A stretch of DNA of 32,000 nucleotides from Polynucleobacter necessarius. Its GTDB lineage: Bacteria; Pseudomonadota; Gammaproteobacteria; Burkholderiales; Burkholderiaceae. The notes below the pieces were generated by a model. It was not told the DNA's origin. It searched no databases and worked only from the letters and a program-made list of their open reading frames with translations. The DNA lies in the NCBI RefSeq assembly GCF_900095195.1, contig NZ_LT606950.1, positions 270,001-302,000 on the forward strand, in the 5' to 3' direction. Of this stretch, positions 20,238-29,095 are shown one piece after another. Position 1 is the stretch's first letter, and each line of letters opens with the position of its first letter. A program made the translations under genes and the position numbers.

Positions 20238-20645
20238 TTAACTTTGGGCTTCGCGCATCTTATTGAGTAGAGACAAACTATGTTTGTCCATACCGCCGAC
20301 CATTCCTGCTAATACTGGATAGTCACGAATGAGGGTTTCGCCCCTATAAAACCGCAATAGCTACTCAGGATAAGTTCGTTCCGTGATCTCACGAATTTCC
20401 AGCAACTCGATCCGGTGATGCCGTTTGTCTTCCTGAATACGCTTCCAGACTTTCATAGTGTTGGCGCGTTCACCCTCGATGATTTGTCCAAATTGCTGGT
20501 TGTCATAGAACAAAATGCCAGTAATACCGTGCTGCTGATTGAATGCGCGAGCAGATTCTAATAAACGCATCAGCCCAAGAAAAGACGTATCCGAGACAGT
20601 TTCGTTCAGATAACTCAATTCAACAAGGTCGTTTGGTTTTGGCAT
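20238..20645 (-). pseudogene. BLUF-domain (blue-light FAD sensor) protein with an in-frame TAG
   Basis: MPKPNDLVELSYLNE...NQQHGITGILFYDNQQFGQIIEGE...IQEDKRHHRIELLEIREITERTYPE is followed by TAG (20361-20363), where the family has Trp. The same frame continues LLRFYRGETLIRDYPVLAGMVGGMDKHSLSLLNKMREAQS to TAA 20238-20240. Confidence 0.65.
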
Positions 20646-20684
20646 GGGGGGGTAATTCAAAGGTGATGCAATCGTGAGAACGAT

Positions 20685-20714
20685 AAAAAAGCAAACCCGA
20701 GAGTTTGCTTTTTT
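20685..20714. terminator. Rho-independent terminator downstream of icd
   Basis: AAAAAAGCAAAC-CCGAGA-GTTTGCTTTTTT. Confidence 0.8.
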
Positions 20715-20756
20715 AGCTTAATCCTAATTGATTAAATTAGGACTTATGACTAACAC

Positions 20757-22994
20757 CTATTGCGCTCTTACTGCCTTTAGCGCTGCATTGAAAGTAGAAC
20801 TTGGACGCATAACAGCTTTGCACTTCTCAGAATCAGCTAGGTAATAACCGCCGATATCGGCTGGCTTACCTTGGACTGCTTTGAGCTCAGACACAATCTT
20901 CTGCTCATTTTCAGCCAACGATTTAGCTAGCGGTGCGAAATACGTTTGCAATTCTTTGTCCTCAGTCTGGTTTTCCAGTGCTTCAGCCCAGTACATGGCG
21001 AGATAGAACTGGCTTCCACGGTTATCCAACTCACCAGTACGTGGTGAAGGAGACTTGTTGTTATCCAACAATTTACCGGTTGCCTCGTCCAGAGTACGCG
21101 CTAGGATCTTCACTTTCGGGTTACCCGTCTTATCGCCAATATCTTTAAGCGATACAGCCAAGGCCAAGAACTCGCCAAGGGAATCCCAACGCAAGTGATT
21201 TTCTTCTACAAGCTGTTGAACGTGCTTCGGCGCTGATCCACCAGCACCAGTTTCAAAGAGGCCACCACCAGCCATCAATGGCACGATTGATAACATCTTC
21301 GCACTGGTTCCCAATTCCATGATGGGGAACAAATCGGTGAGGTAGTCACGCAAGCTGTTGCCAGTCACAGAAATAGTGTCTTTGCCACGAATCACGCGCT
21401 CGAGGGTGTAACGCATTGCGCGGGTTTGAGACATGATCTGAATATCAACACCTTCGAGGTCATAGTCCTTGAGATAGGTTTTCACCTTTTTGATCAACTC
21501 TGCCTCGTGAGGGCGGTACTCGTCCAACCAGAATACTGCTGGAGTGTTCGAGAGACGCGCACGATTTACTGCCAACTTCACCCAATCGCGAATCGGTGCA
21601 TCTTTGACTTGGCACATACGCCAGATATCACCCTCTTCTACGTTTTGCTCAAGTAATACAGTCCCGTCATCGGCAACAATACAAGCGACACCAGCTTCTG
21701 GAATTTCGAAGGTCTTGTCATGTGAGCCGTACTCTTCCGCTTGTTGCGCCATCAAACCAACGTTAGGCACTGTACCCATCGTGGTTGGATCAAAGTTGCC
21801 ATGGGTCTTACAGAAATTAATCATTTCTTGATAGATACGGGCAAACGTACTTTCTGGAATGACTGCCTTAGTGTCATGCAAGCGACCATCCGCGCCCCAC
21901 ATCTTGCCGCCGACACGAATCATTGCGGGCATCGACGCATCAACGATCACAGCGCTTGGTGAATGGAGATTGGTGATACCTTTAGCAGAATCCACCATCG
22001 CCAAAGCTGGACGATGCTCGTGACAAGCATGCAAATCCTGAGTGATCTCTTCGCGCTTAGACTCTGGCAACGATTTAATCTTGTCATAGAGGCTGCCCAT
22101 ACCATTATTGGCATTCACACCCAACTCTTCAAACAACTTAGCATGTTTGGTAAAAGCATCTTTGTAGAAAATCTTCACAGCGTGACCAAAAACGATCGGG
22201 TGTGACACTTTCATCATGGTCGCTTTTACGTGCAAGGACAGCATCATGCCAGTTTTGTACGCATCTTCGATTTCTTTTTCATAGAACTCGCACAATGCTT
22301 TCTTACTCATGTACATGCTGTCGATGATTTCGCCTTCAAGCAAAGAGACCTTTGGTTTGAGCACAATGGTTTTTCCGCTCTTTGTAACCAAATCCATCTT
22401 GACGTCACACGCTTTTGTCATCGTCATCGACTTCTCACTAGAGTAGAAGTCACCACCATGCATGTGAGAAACGTGGGTGCGGGAGGCTTGACTCCACTCA
22501 CCCATGGAGTGTGGGTTCTTGCGCGCATAGCGCTTCACAGCGGGTGGCGCACGACGGTCGGAGTTACCTTCGCGCAATACTGGGTTTACTGAGCTACCCA
22601 AGCATTTTGAATAACGGGTACGAATAGCTTTTTCTTCATCCGTTTTTGGATCTTCTGGGAAATTCGGGATCTTGTATCCCTTGCTTTGCAATTCTTTGAT
22701 GGCTGCCAAAAGCTGGGGAACGGATGCGCTAATGTTTGGCAACTTAATAATGTTGGTGTCTGGCAAAAGTGTCAGCTTGCCAAGCTCCGCTAGATTGTCA
22801 GGTACTTTTTGTGCATCGGTTAAGCAATCAGAAAACTCAGCCAAGATGCGAGCGGCAACAGAAATGTCGCTCTTTACAACCTCCATTCCAGCAGGCGCTG
22901 TAAATGTACGAATGATTGGCAGAAACGCACAGGTCGCCAATAATGGCGCTTCGTCTGTCAGCGTGTAAATAATCTTTGATTTCTCTGAAGCCAT
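20757..22994 (-). CDS. icd: Monomeric NADP-dependent isocitrate dehydrogenase
   Basis: Uninterrupted 745-aa ORF. The length and N-terminus ([22 protein letters not shown]...) are typical of monomeric-type IDH. All plus-strand ORFs inside are antisense shadows. Confidence 0.92.
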   Translation of the reverse strand: MASEKSKIIYTLTDEAPLLATCAFLPIIRTFTAPAGMEVVKSDISVAARILAEFSDCLTDAQKVPDNLAELGKLTLLPDTNIIKLPNISASVPQLLAAIKELQSKGYKIPNFPEDPKTDEEKAIRTRYSKCLGSSVNPVLREGNSDRRAPPAVKRYARKNPHSMGEWSQASRTHVSHMHGGDFYSSEKSMTMTKACDVKMDLVTKSGKTIVLKPKVSLLEGEIIDSMYMSKKALCEFYEKEIEDAYKTGMMLSLHVKATMMKVSHPIVFGHAVKIFYKDAFTKHAKLFEELGVNANNGMGSLYDKIKSLPESKREEITQDLHACHEHRPALAMVDSAKGITNLHSPSAVIVDASMPAMIRVGGKMWGADGRLHDTKAVIPESTFARIYQEMINFCKTHGNFDPTTMGTVPNVGLMAQQAEEYGSHDKTFEIPEAGVACIVADDGTVLLEQNVEEGDIWRMCQVKDAPIRDWVKLAVNRARLSNTPAVFWLDEYRPHEAELIKKVKTYLKDYDLEGVDIQIMSQTRAMRYTLERVIRGKDTISVTGNSLRDYLTDLFPIMELGTSAKMLSIVPLMAGGGLFETGAGGSAPKHVQQLVEENHLRWDSLGEFLALAVSLKDIGDKTGNPKVKILARTLDEATGKLLDNNKSPSPRTGELDNRGSQFYLAMYWAEALENQTEDKELQTYFAPLAKSLAENEQKIVSELKAVQGKPADIGGYYLADSEKCKAVMRPSSTFNAALKAVRAQ

Positions 22995-23245
22995 TAACTT
23001 TTCCTCGATATTGATAAATTTACAGAGTCAGGTTTTTACCCTGCCACTCTCATAATCCGCATTTTGCAAGCCGCTTTTAGCCGCCTCTTGGTCAATGAGG
23101 CGAGTCTTTAATTTTAAATCATCGGGATTGGCAAAAATGGGGGTTTTGCACCTGAATTCAGCGGATAAACCCTCAAATTTAAGGGAATCCACCAACCCTA
23201 TGAGGAATATACTGAGCCACTCATTCGTACCCATTAGGAAAAAAT

Positions 23246-23597
23246 ATGACTGAACTCAAAAAAATCGATACCGTTGTCGGAAACGGTCAAGAAGCTGTCG
23301 CTGGTAACCACGTGGATGTTTGTTTATTACACCGGCTGGCTCTTTGATGAGAGCGCACCCGATAACAAAGGCCAGAAGTTTGATAGCTCACTGGATCGCG
23401 GCCAGCTCTTTGGTTTTCCGTTGGGTGCAGGTCACGTTATTAGGGGCTGGGATCAAGGCGTCGCTGGCATGAAGATCGGTGGCAAACGCACATTAATCAT
23501 CCCTCCAGATATGGGTTACGGCGCACGCGGTGCTGGCGGTGTCATTCCTCCAAACACCACTTTGGTCTTCGACGTGGAATTACATGGCGTGAACTAA
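23246..23597 (+). pseudogene. FKBP-type peptidyl-prolyl isomerase disrupted by a 4-bp tandem duplication
   Basis: [25 protein letters not shown] (from ATG 23246) and YYTGWLFDE...[46 protein letters not shown]...[10 protein letters not shown] (ORF 23274-23597) are in frames that differ by one position. The GTTTGTTT at 23317-23324 accounts for the shift. Confidence 0.8.
23317..23324. repeat. 4-bp tandem duplication GTTT-GTTT
   Basis: GAT GTTT GTTT AT TAC; removing one GTTT gives ...HVDVYYTGW..., the FKBP consensus. Confidence 0.7.
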
Positions 23598-23622
23598 TCG
23601 CTTTGTGGTTACCTGAAAACAC

Positions 23623-23645
23623 AAAAGCCACCCTAGGGTGGCTTT
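23623..23645. terminator. Bidirectional rho-independent terminator
   Basis: AAAAGCCACC-CTAG-GGTGGCTTT lies between convergent genes. Confidence 0.75.
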
Positions 23646-23679
23646 ATTTATATGTATTTACTTAGTGGGAGCAGTTTGA

Positions 23680-24633
23680 TTAAGAGCGCAAATCTTTACC
23701 ATTTAACGTAAGACGATTGGTGGATTTAGTTTGGCAAAGGCCAATTAAACGATTGCGCTCAGCCATGACTTTGTCTGCATAACCGCCATCATCTTCCGCA
23801 TTGGCAGCGCCCACATAGTATTTCAAACCATTCCGCAAAGATCCTGCCGTAGCAATCAGATACTTGAGAATATAAGCGCCCACACGAATATTGACTTCAG
23901 GCTTCGCGGCTTCACGAGTACCGCCAAACAAGGCATATTTATCGCGATGGACGGATGTCATGACTTGCATCAAACCTTCTGCGCCAGCATGACTCTTGGT
24001 ATTGGGATTGAAGTTTGACTCCACCGAAATCACTGCCAAAAGTAACACTGGATCAATATTGACCTCTTTTGCGATCAGGATGGTATTGGAGACATACTCT
24101 TCGATCTTCTTACGATCGAGGCTGTACTTCTTCTCAAAAAAATCCGCTACTGCACGTTGATTCTGAATAGAGCCCATTAAATTACTGTCCAAGGCTTGCG
24201 GATCAATCTTGGAGGCTGGAATGCGATCTGCCAAATGCGAAATCGACTTCACGGGCACTTGGGCAACAGAAGGCATGAGTAAGGCAACGGTTTGCTGTCT
24301 CGCACTAGCAAAGCCAACATTAGAAGATGCCTGGGCAATCCCTTCGCCATGAGCGTTTTCATTCTTGTATTGGTCTAGCATGCCAAAGCCATTGCTCCAC
24401 ACAATATGGCGGGCTTCGTCTGGAACGAGAATGCGAGCCAGATCAAATGGGCCTGCATTCGTGCCATTGCCAGACAGCCAAAGTCCTACAACCATGAATA
24501 CCGTGACAACGAGTACGCCATTGATGACTCGATACACAGGAGCCATACCATGCGCAAGCAGTTCTTTGGCCGCCAGCATTGCCGGTTGCGCCTCCTGCAT
24601 TTCACTCAAATTGTTTGATAAACATTTACTCAT
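23680..24633 (-). CDS. Membrane-anchored lytic transglycosylase (SLT domain)
   Basis: Intact 317-aa ORF with an N-terminal TM helix and the SLT motif LLLAVISVESNFNPNTKSHAGAEGLMQV...AYILKYL. Confidence 0.8.
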   Translation of the reverse strand: MSKCLSNNLSEMQEAQPAMLAAKELLAHGMAPVYRVINGVLVVTVFMVVGLWLSGNGTNAGPFDLARILVPDEARHIVWSNGFGMLDQYKNENAHGEGIAQASSNVGFASARQQTVALLMPSVAQVPVKSISHLADRIPASKIDPQALDSNLMGSIQNQRAVADFFEKKYSLDRKKIEEYVSNTILIAKEVNIDPVLLLAVISVESNFNPNTKSHAGAEGLMQVMTSVHRDKYALFGGTREAAKPEVNIRVGAYILKYLIATAGSLRNGLKYYVGAANAEDDGGYADKVMAERNRLIGLCQTKSTNRLTLNGKDLRS

Positions 24634-25060
24634 TCAGTTGGTTGCGACACCCATAAAACCTAACTACTGATTTATGCTGCATCGCAATATGTAAAAACAT
24701 GGGTCATCCTAAAAAGGTTCTTATATCAAGTCAAGAATAAAGAGGATCATTTCCATAACTTTTAAGTCTCGCAATACGGGTCATCCCGCATATGCACCAA
24801 ATAAGACACATTTAATTCAATAAAATCAATAACTTATATATGTTAAGAGGCGCTAATTTCATTTTGTAAAAAATTTTCAAAAACCCAACTTTTTTACTAT
24901 TTGAAAGAAAAAATTCTTTCAAAAACCCATACATCTAGTGTTTTTCACCCCCTTCATTTCTGCCGGCAGTGCTCTTACAAATTGCTGCGGAGCATTATGG
25001 ATCAAGGACTTAGAGGGTTAGATAGCCACCCGAGAGATTGGCGTCCTAAACTAGAGACTC

Positions 25061-26086
25061 ATGAATATTCACCTAAAACAATTCGCAACCTTGGGCTTAC
25101 TGGTTTTACTAATCAGCCCACTGAGAGCGCTTGCTCTCTTTAATGACTGCAAGGACTTCTTCCCCCATCAACAGGTACCCGTGACTGCACAAACTGGTCG
25201 AGACCTTTGTTTTGATAGCTTTGCGATCTTTTACTCACCGCAAGATAAAAAGCCCATCTACACTGTAGAGAAATTAAACCGCGAGCAGCTCTTAGCACCA
25301 CACCCGCGCAGAACAAATCAATTTTATGAAGAAGCTCGACTGCCCTTTGCAGAGCGTGCTCAACTATCCGATTATCGAGGCAGCGGCCATGACCGAGGCC
25401 ACAATGTTCCCGCGGGGGATATGATTAATGAAAGGACTATGGCCCAGTCGTTTTCGCTGGCCAACATGATGCCTCAGGCCAGACTCAATAACCAAGGGAT
25501 ATGGGCCAAGAACGTTGAGGAGCCCACCAGGCAGTATGTCAAACGCGCCCAAGGCGATATCTATATTTTTACCGGGTCCACAGGCAACCAAGGGAGCATT
25601 GGCAAAAATCGCGTCACCATTCCGAGTCACTTGTTCAAATTGGTTTACGACCCTCATAAAAATGATGCATGGGCCTATTGGATTGAAAACGCAAATGAAG
25701 CGGGAATGTCCCCACCAATTTCGTATGCAGAATTGGTTTCAAAGACGGGGATTGATTTTCAGTTGCCCATAAAAACCGGCACTCCAATCCAACATACTCC
25801 AACTGACCCCAAACCAGTCAAGCCTATAGTGGGCGGCTGGTACCCGATCTTTTTTGATGACTGCTCCAGCAATAAGCTTGATGCACTGATGGCTCGCATT
25901 CAAGCGGGCCAAGTGGCGAGCGTGCAAATTCAATACGACCGCAATCGTGAGCTGGCAAGGAAAATCGCTTCTCGAATCGAGTCAAGCTCTTCCATCCAGG
26001 CTAGCATCGAACAAAGTAGCCCGCCGGAGTCACCCAGCGTTCAATATGAGCGGGATCGTGTAACACTGATTGTCCGCTCCAGGTAA
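25061..26086 (+). CDS. Secreted DNA/RNA non-specific endonuclease (NucA/EndoG-type beta-beta-alpha-Me) with an uncharacterised C-terminal extension
   Basis: Intact 341-aa ORF with signal peptide MNIHLKQFATLGLLVLLISPLRALA and active-site motif GHDRGHNVPAGDM...N. The last ~100 aa resemble nothing I recognise. Confidence 0.8.
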   Translation: MNIHLKQFATLGLLVLLISPLRALALFNDCKDFFPHQQVPVTAQTGRDLCFDSFAIFYSPQDKKPIYTVEKLNREQLLAPHPRRTNQFYEEARLPFAERAQLSDYRGSGHDRGHNVPAGDMINERTMAQSFSLANMMPQARLNNQGIWAKNVEEPTRQYVKRAQGDIYIFTGSTGNQGSIGKNRVTIPSHLFKLVYDPHKNDAWAYWIENANEAGMSPPISYAELVSKTGIDFQLPIKTGTPIQHTPTDPKPVKPIVGGWYPIFFDDCSSNKLDALMARIQAGQVASVQIQYDRNRELARKIASRIESSSSIQASIEQSSPPESPSVQYERDRVTLIVRSR

Positions 26087-26317
26087 CTAATCTTTGCGTT
26101 GCAGCCCATGCGCTTTCGGAATGGGATCAAGAGGTCCACGTAAACCGTTGTGAAGCGTATGCATCAACTCCAGCAGCTCGCCTAATTCGCCTTTCGGAAA
26201 TCCCTTTCGGGCAAACCACGCTAGATAGTTTCCCGGCAAATCTGCCAGCGCACGTCCTGCATGCTTGCCATAGGGCATTTTCATCAACACTAGCTTTTCG
26301 AGTGATTGCGCATCCAT
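26087..26317 (-). CDS. DUF3820-family protein
   Basis: Intact 76-aa ORF. MPYGKHAGRALADLPGNYLAWFARKGFPKGELGELL matches the DUF3820 pattern. Confidence 0.7.
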   Translation of the reverse strand: MDAQSLEKLVLMKMPYGKHAGRALADLPGNYLAWFARKGFPKGELGELLELMHTLHNGLRGPLDPIPKAHGLQRKD

Positions 26318-26393
26318 TACTGCGGAATTTTACTGGTAAAGCCTAATTCCCTTAGCGATTTCACCATTTATCAAAAAATAGTCTTTTTCGTAT

Positions 26394-26437
26394 TTGATAA
26401 TTATTCTCATTTGATGGTATATTGAGAACAGTTCTCA
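26394..26437 (+). promoter_or_regulatory. Sigma70-like promoter overlapped by two Fur-type 7-1-7 inverted repeats
   Basis: TTGATA (26394-26399), 18 nt, then TATATT (26418-26423). Box 1 is TGATAAT-T-ATTCTCA (26395-26409), one mismatch to TGATAATnATTATCA. Box 2 is TGAGAAC-A-GTTCTCA (26423-26437), a perfect palindrome. The ATG is at 26472. Confidence 0.55.
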
Positions 26438-26471
26438 TTTAGATTTTTAACCACTCTCTTTTCAAATACCC

Positions 26472-26657
26472 ATGAAATTGACCATTCAAAAACTATTCGC
26501 CTTTTGCCTTGTCCTTGTTGCCGCCCTTCACTTTTCCCTAGCCCATGCTGGGGAAGGAGCCTTTGGCTGGATTTATACCCTCGACCTACAGCCCAAAGGA
26601 AAATGGGAGTTTGAGCAACGCTTACAGTTAAATCAAACCCAAGCATCTGGAACCAAA
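26472..26657 (+). pseudogene. Secreted/outer-membrane-like protein, 5' part (3' part at 3896-4623)
   Basis: MKLTIQKLFAFCLVLVAALHFSLAHA (signal peptide) [36 protein letters not shown]. Sense ends at CCAAA 26653-26657. Confidence 0.7.
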
Positions 26658-26811
26658 GCCAACAGATGCTGATATTGATAATGCAATGTCCAATGTTTGC
26701 CGTTGTGGAACATACCAAAAGATTCGAGATGGTATTCATGTTGCCTCGGGTCAGAAAAAATTAGCAGATGTCTTGGCGCAGTACCAAGCAACCCCTGCAA
26801 CACGTGGTTAA
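26658..26811 (+). pseudogene. iorA: iorA-like 2Fe-2S subunit, 3' part (5' part at 3552-3895)
   Basis: (PK)[34 protein letters not shown]... runs to TAA 26809-26811. This is the second Cys cluster and C-terminus expected after ...AAALLK..P.P. It lies 10 nt upstream of the large-subunit start. Confidence 0.8.
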
Positions 26812-26821
26812 GGAGAGAGAC

Positions 26822-29026
26822 ATGACATTAGAAAACTCTTCCCGTCGCGAATTTATTATCAAGGGCTCCATGGTCGGAGGCGGCCTGATGTTAGGGATTG
26901 GCGCTTTACCAGAGGCGGCATTTGCGCAATCTGGGCCACATAATCCCAATACCCCAACAAAAGCGGGTGAGGCTGAAGTCAATGCTTGGGTCAGCATTAA
27001 GCCGGATGATACGGTCTATATTCGTATTGCTCGCTCTGAGATGGGGCAAGGTACGCGTACTGGTTTAGCGCAATTGGTTACCGAAGAGCTCGAATGCAAC
27101 TGGAAAAAAGTTAAAACCCAGTCTGCAACTTCTGGCCAAAGTTTGGCTCGTAAGCGTGTATGGGGTGAGCATGGAACTGGCGGCAGTCACGGCATTCGTA
27201 TTTCCGAGGACTATGTTCGTCGTGGCGCAGCAGCAGCGCGTAGCATGCTGCTACAAGCAGCCGCGAATCAGTGGAACGTTCCAGTGACCGAGCTTACTGT
27301 AGGTAAAGGTGTTATCACGCATGTGCCAACAGGGCGTAAAACTACCTACGGTAAAGTTGCGGAACTTGCCTCTACGCTGACCCCTCCTGATCCAAAAACG
27401 ATTACGTTGAGAGATCCTCGCACTTGGAAAGTGGCTGGTCAACCATACGCCCGTATTGATACGGCCAATAAGGCAAATGGCACAAAGGTTTATGGTGCCG
27501 ACCTGCAACTACCTGGCATATTGTGTGCCTCGGTTAAATCCTGTCCAGTATTTGGCGGTAAGTTGGTGAGCTATGACGAAGCCAAGATTAAAAACATGCG
27601 CGGCGTTAAAGGCGTTGTGCAGATCAATGAGAGTACCTTAGCCGTTGTCGCGGATACGTGGTGGCGAGCTAATACCGCTCTCAATGCGTTGCCAATTGTT
27701 TGGGATAAAGGCAAGGCTGCTAACGTTTCTCAGAGCGATATCGACAAGATGATGCGCGCTGGCTTAGATGAGCAAGGCGATTTTTGGCAACGCAAGGTTG
27801 ACGATGCGCCGCAAGCGATTAATGGCTCGGCAAAAAAGTTGAAGCCATTTATTACACCCCGTACTGTGCACACGTTACGATGGAGCCAATGAATGCCGCT
27901 GTCAAAATCAGTGGTGATCGTGCTGAGGTTGGGTGCCTACGCAAAACGGCGAAGGCTCCTTGGCAGCATTGTCAGAAGCTACCGGCATTTCATTGCCTAA
28001 CTGCGAAGTGTATAAATTAGACTCGGGTTGTGGTTTAGGTCGTCGAGGCTCTACTCAAGACTTCGCTACCTTTGCAGCCAAGGTGGCCATGAAATACCCT
28101 GGTACTCCTGTCAAGGTGCTTTGGAGTCGTGAAGAGGTATTATGCATGACTATTACCATCCAATTGCGATGGCTAAGATGACTGCGGGTCTTGATGCCAG
28201 TGGAAATGTCACAGGCATGCACATCAAGGTTGCTGGGCAATCGATTCATGCTACGCTTGCCATTCAAAATATTAAAGATGGCAAGGATGAGCGGCAGCTG
28301 CAAGGCTTTTATGAAAAAGGACCCGATGTTCAACCCGGTTATACCTTCCCGAGTTTACTAACCGAGTACGTCATGAAAAACACCCACGTACCAGTGGGTC
28401 CTTGGCGTGGGGTGAATACCAATCAAAACGGTATTTTCATGGAATGCTTTATGGACGAGTGCGCTAAAGCAGCCGGTAAAGATCCTGCGAAATTTAGACA
28501 AGCTGTCATGCAGAGTCACCCCAAGCATTTGGGCGTGCTCAATGCTGCCGCTCAAAAAGCGAATTGGGATAAGCCGCTGCCAGCAGGGACGTATCGTGGT
28601 GTAGCACGGTTTATGGGTTACGCCAGTTACTCTGCATGCGTGGCAGAAGTATCAGTGGATGGCAATATCGCCCATGTGAAACGCTTGGTGTTTGCGTTAA
28701 ACCCAGGACATGTAGTCAATTCGTATTTAACGCGTGAGCAAATTGAGGGCTCTGTGGCCATGGCTTTGGGCGCTATTTTCAATCCAGAAATCACCGTTGA
28801 AAATGACCGGATCAAGCAACAGAACCTCGATTCCTACCCGATGCTGAAATTGGCCTCGACACCACGAATCGAGACGGTGTTGGTACCAACCTATGATTTT
28901 TGGGGTGGTGTTGGTGAGCCCACAATCTGCGTAGTCGGTCCCGCAGTGGCGAATGCCGTTTCAGCGGCGATTGGCAGGCCAGTACGTAACTTCCCGCTCT
29001 ACAAAGAGGGTCTAACCTTGGCCTAG
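26822..29026 (+). pseudogene. iorB: IorB-like molybdopterin-binding large subunit (aldehyde-oxidase/xanthine-dehydrogenase family), at least three frameshifts
   Basis: Tat signal MTLENSSRREFIIKG... A shift near 27865 leads into YYTPYCAHVTMEPMNAAV...AEV. A 1-nt loss leads into WVPTQNGEGSL...GLGRRG...VLWSREE. A shift near 28135 leads into MHDYYHPIAMAKMTAGLD...GEPTICVVGPAVANAV... (ORFs 26768-27892, 27933-28181, 28142-29026). Confidence 0.85.
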
Positions 29027-29051
29027 TGCGTCGGTGTTATGTAAAGCATTG

Positions 29052-29081
29052 CGACCCCTGCAGAAAAATTTGTAGGGGTCG
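29052..29081 (+). terminator. Hairpin downstream of iorB (terminator-like)
   Basis: CGACCCCTGCA-GAAAAATT-TGTAGGGGTCG followed by TTT. The T-tract is short. Confidence 0.5.
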
Positions 29082-29095
29082 TTTAACATGGGTCT

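Noticed and set aside
20933-22968. Eight plus-strand ORFs of 71-120 aa inside the icd region.
   Set aside because: All lie antisense to an uninterrupted, strongly recognisable 745-aa icd ORF and have low-complexity, unrecognisable sequences. They are shadow ORFs.
23028-23234. A 68-aa minus-strand ORF upstream of icd. Similar orphan ORFs occur at 11612-11815, 17783-18007, 24901-25143, 26407-26739, 3757-3948, 3809-4117, 9723-9935 and 9961-10182.
   Set aside because: They have no RBS or recognisable motifs. They lie in intergenic or promoter regions, or antisense or out-of-frame within pseudogenes.
3896-26657. The 22.8-kb segment between the two CCAAA junctions might be an integrated circular element or genomic island, since excision as a circle would restore both split genes.
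   Set aside because: The segment carries housekeeping and operon remnants (icd, liv, cysI, msrP). It has no integrase, tRNA target, att-like long repeats, or plasmid or phage genes. This model also leaves msrP and msrQ unlinked, whereas the two-inversion model repairs all three disruptions. It remains the formal alternative, to be excluded by synteny with relatives.
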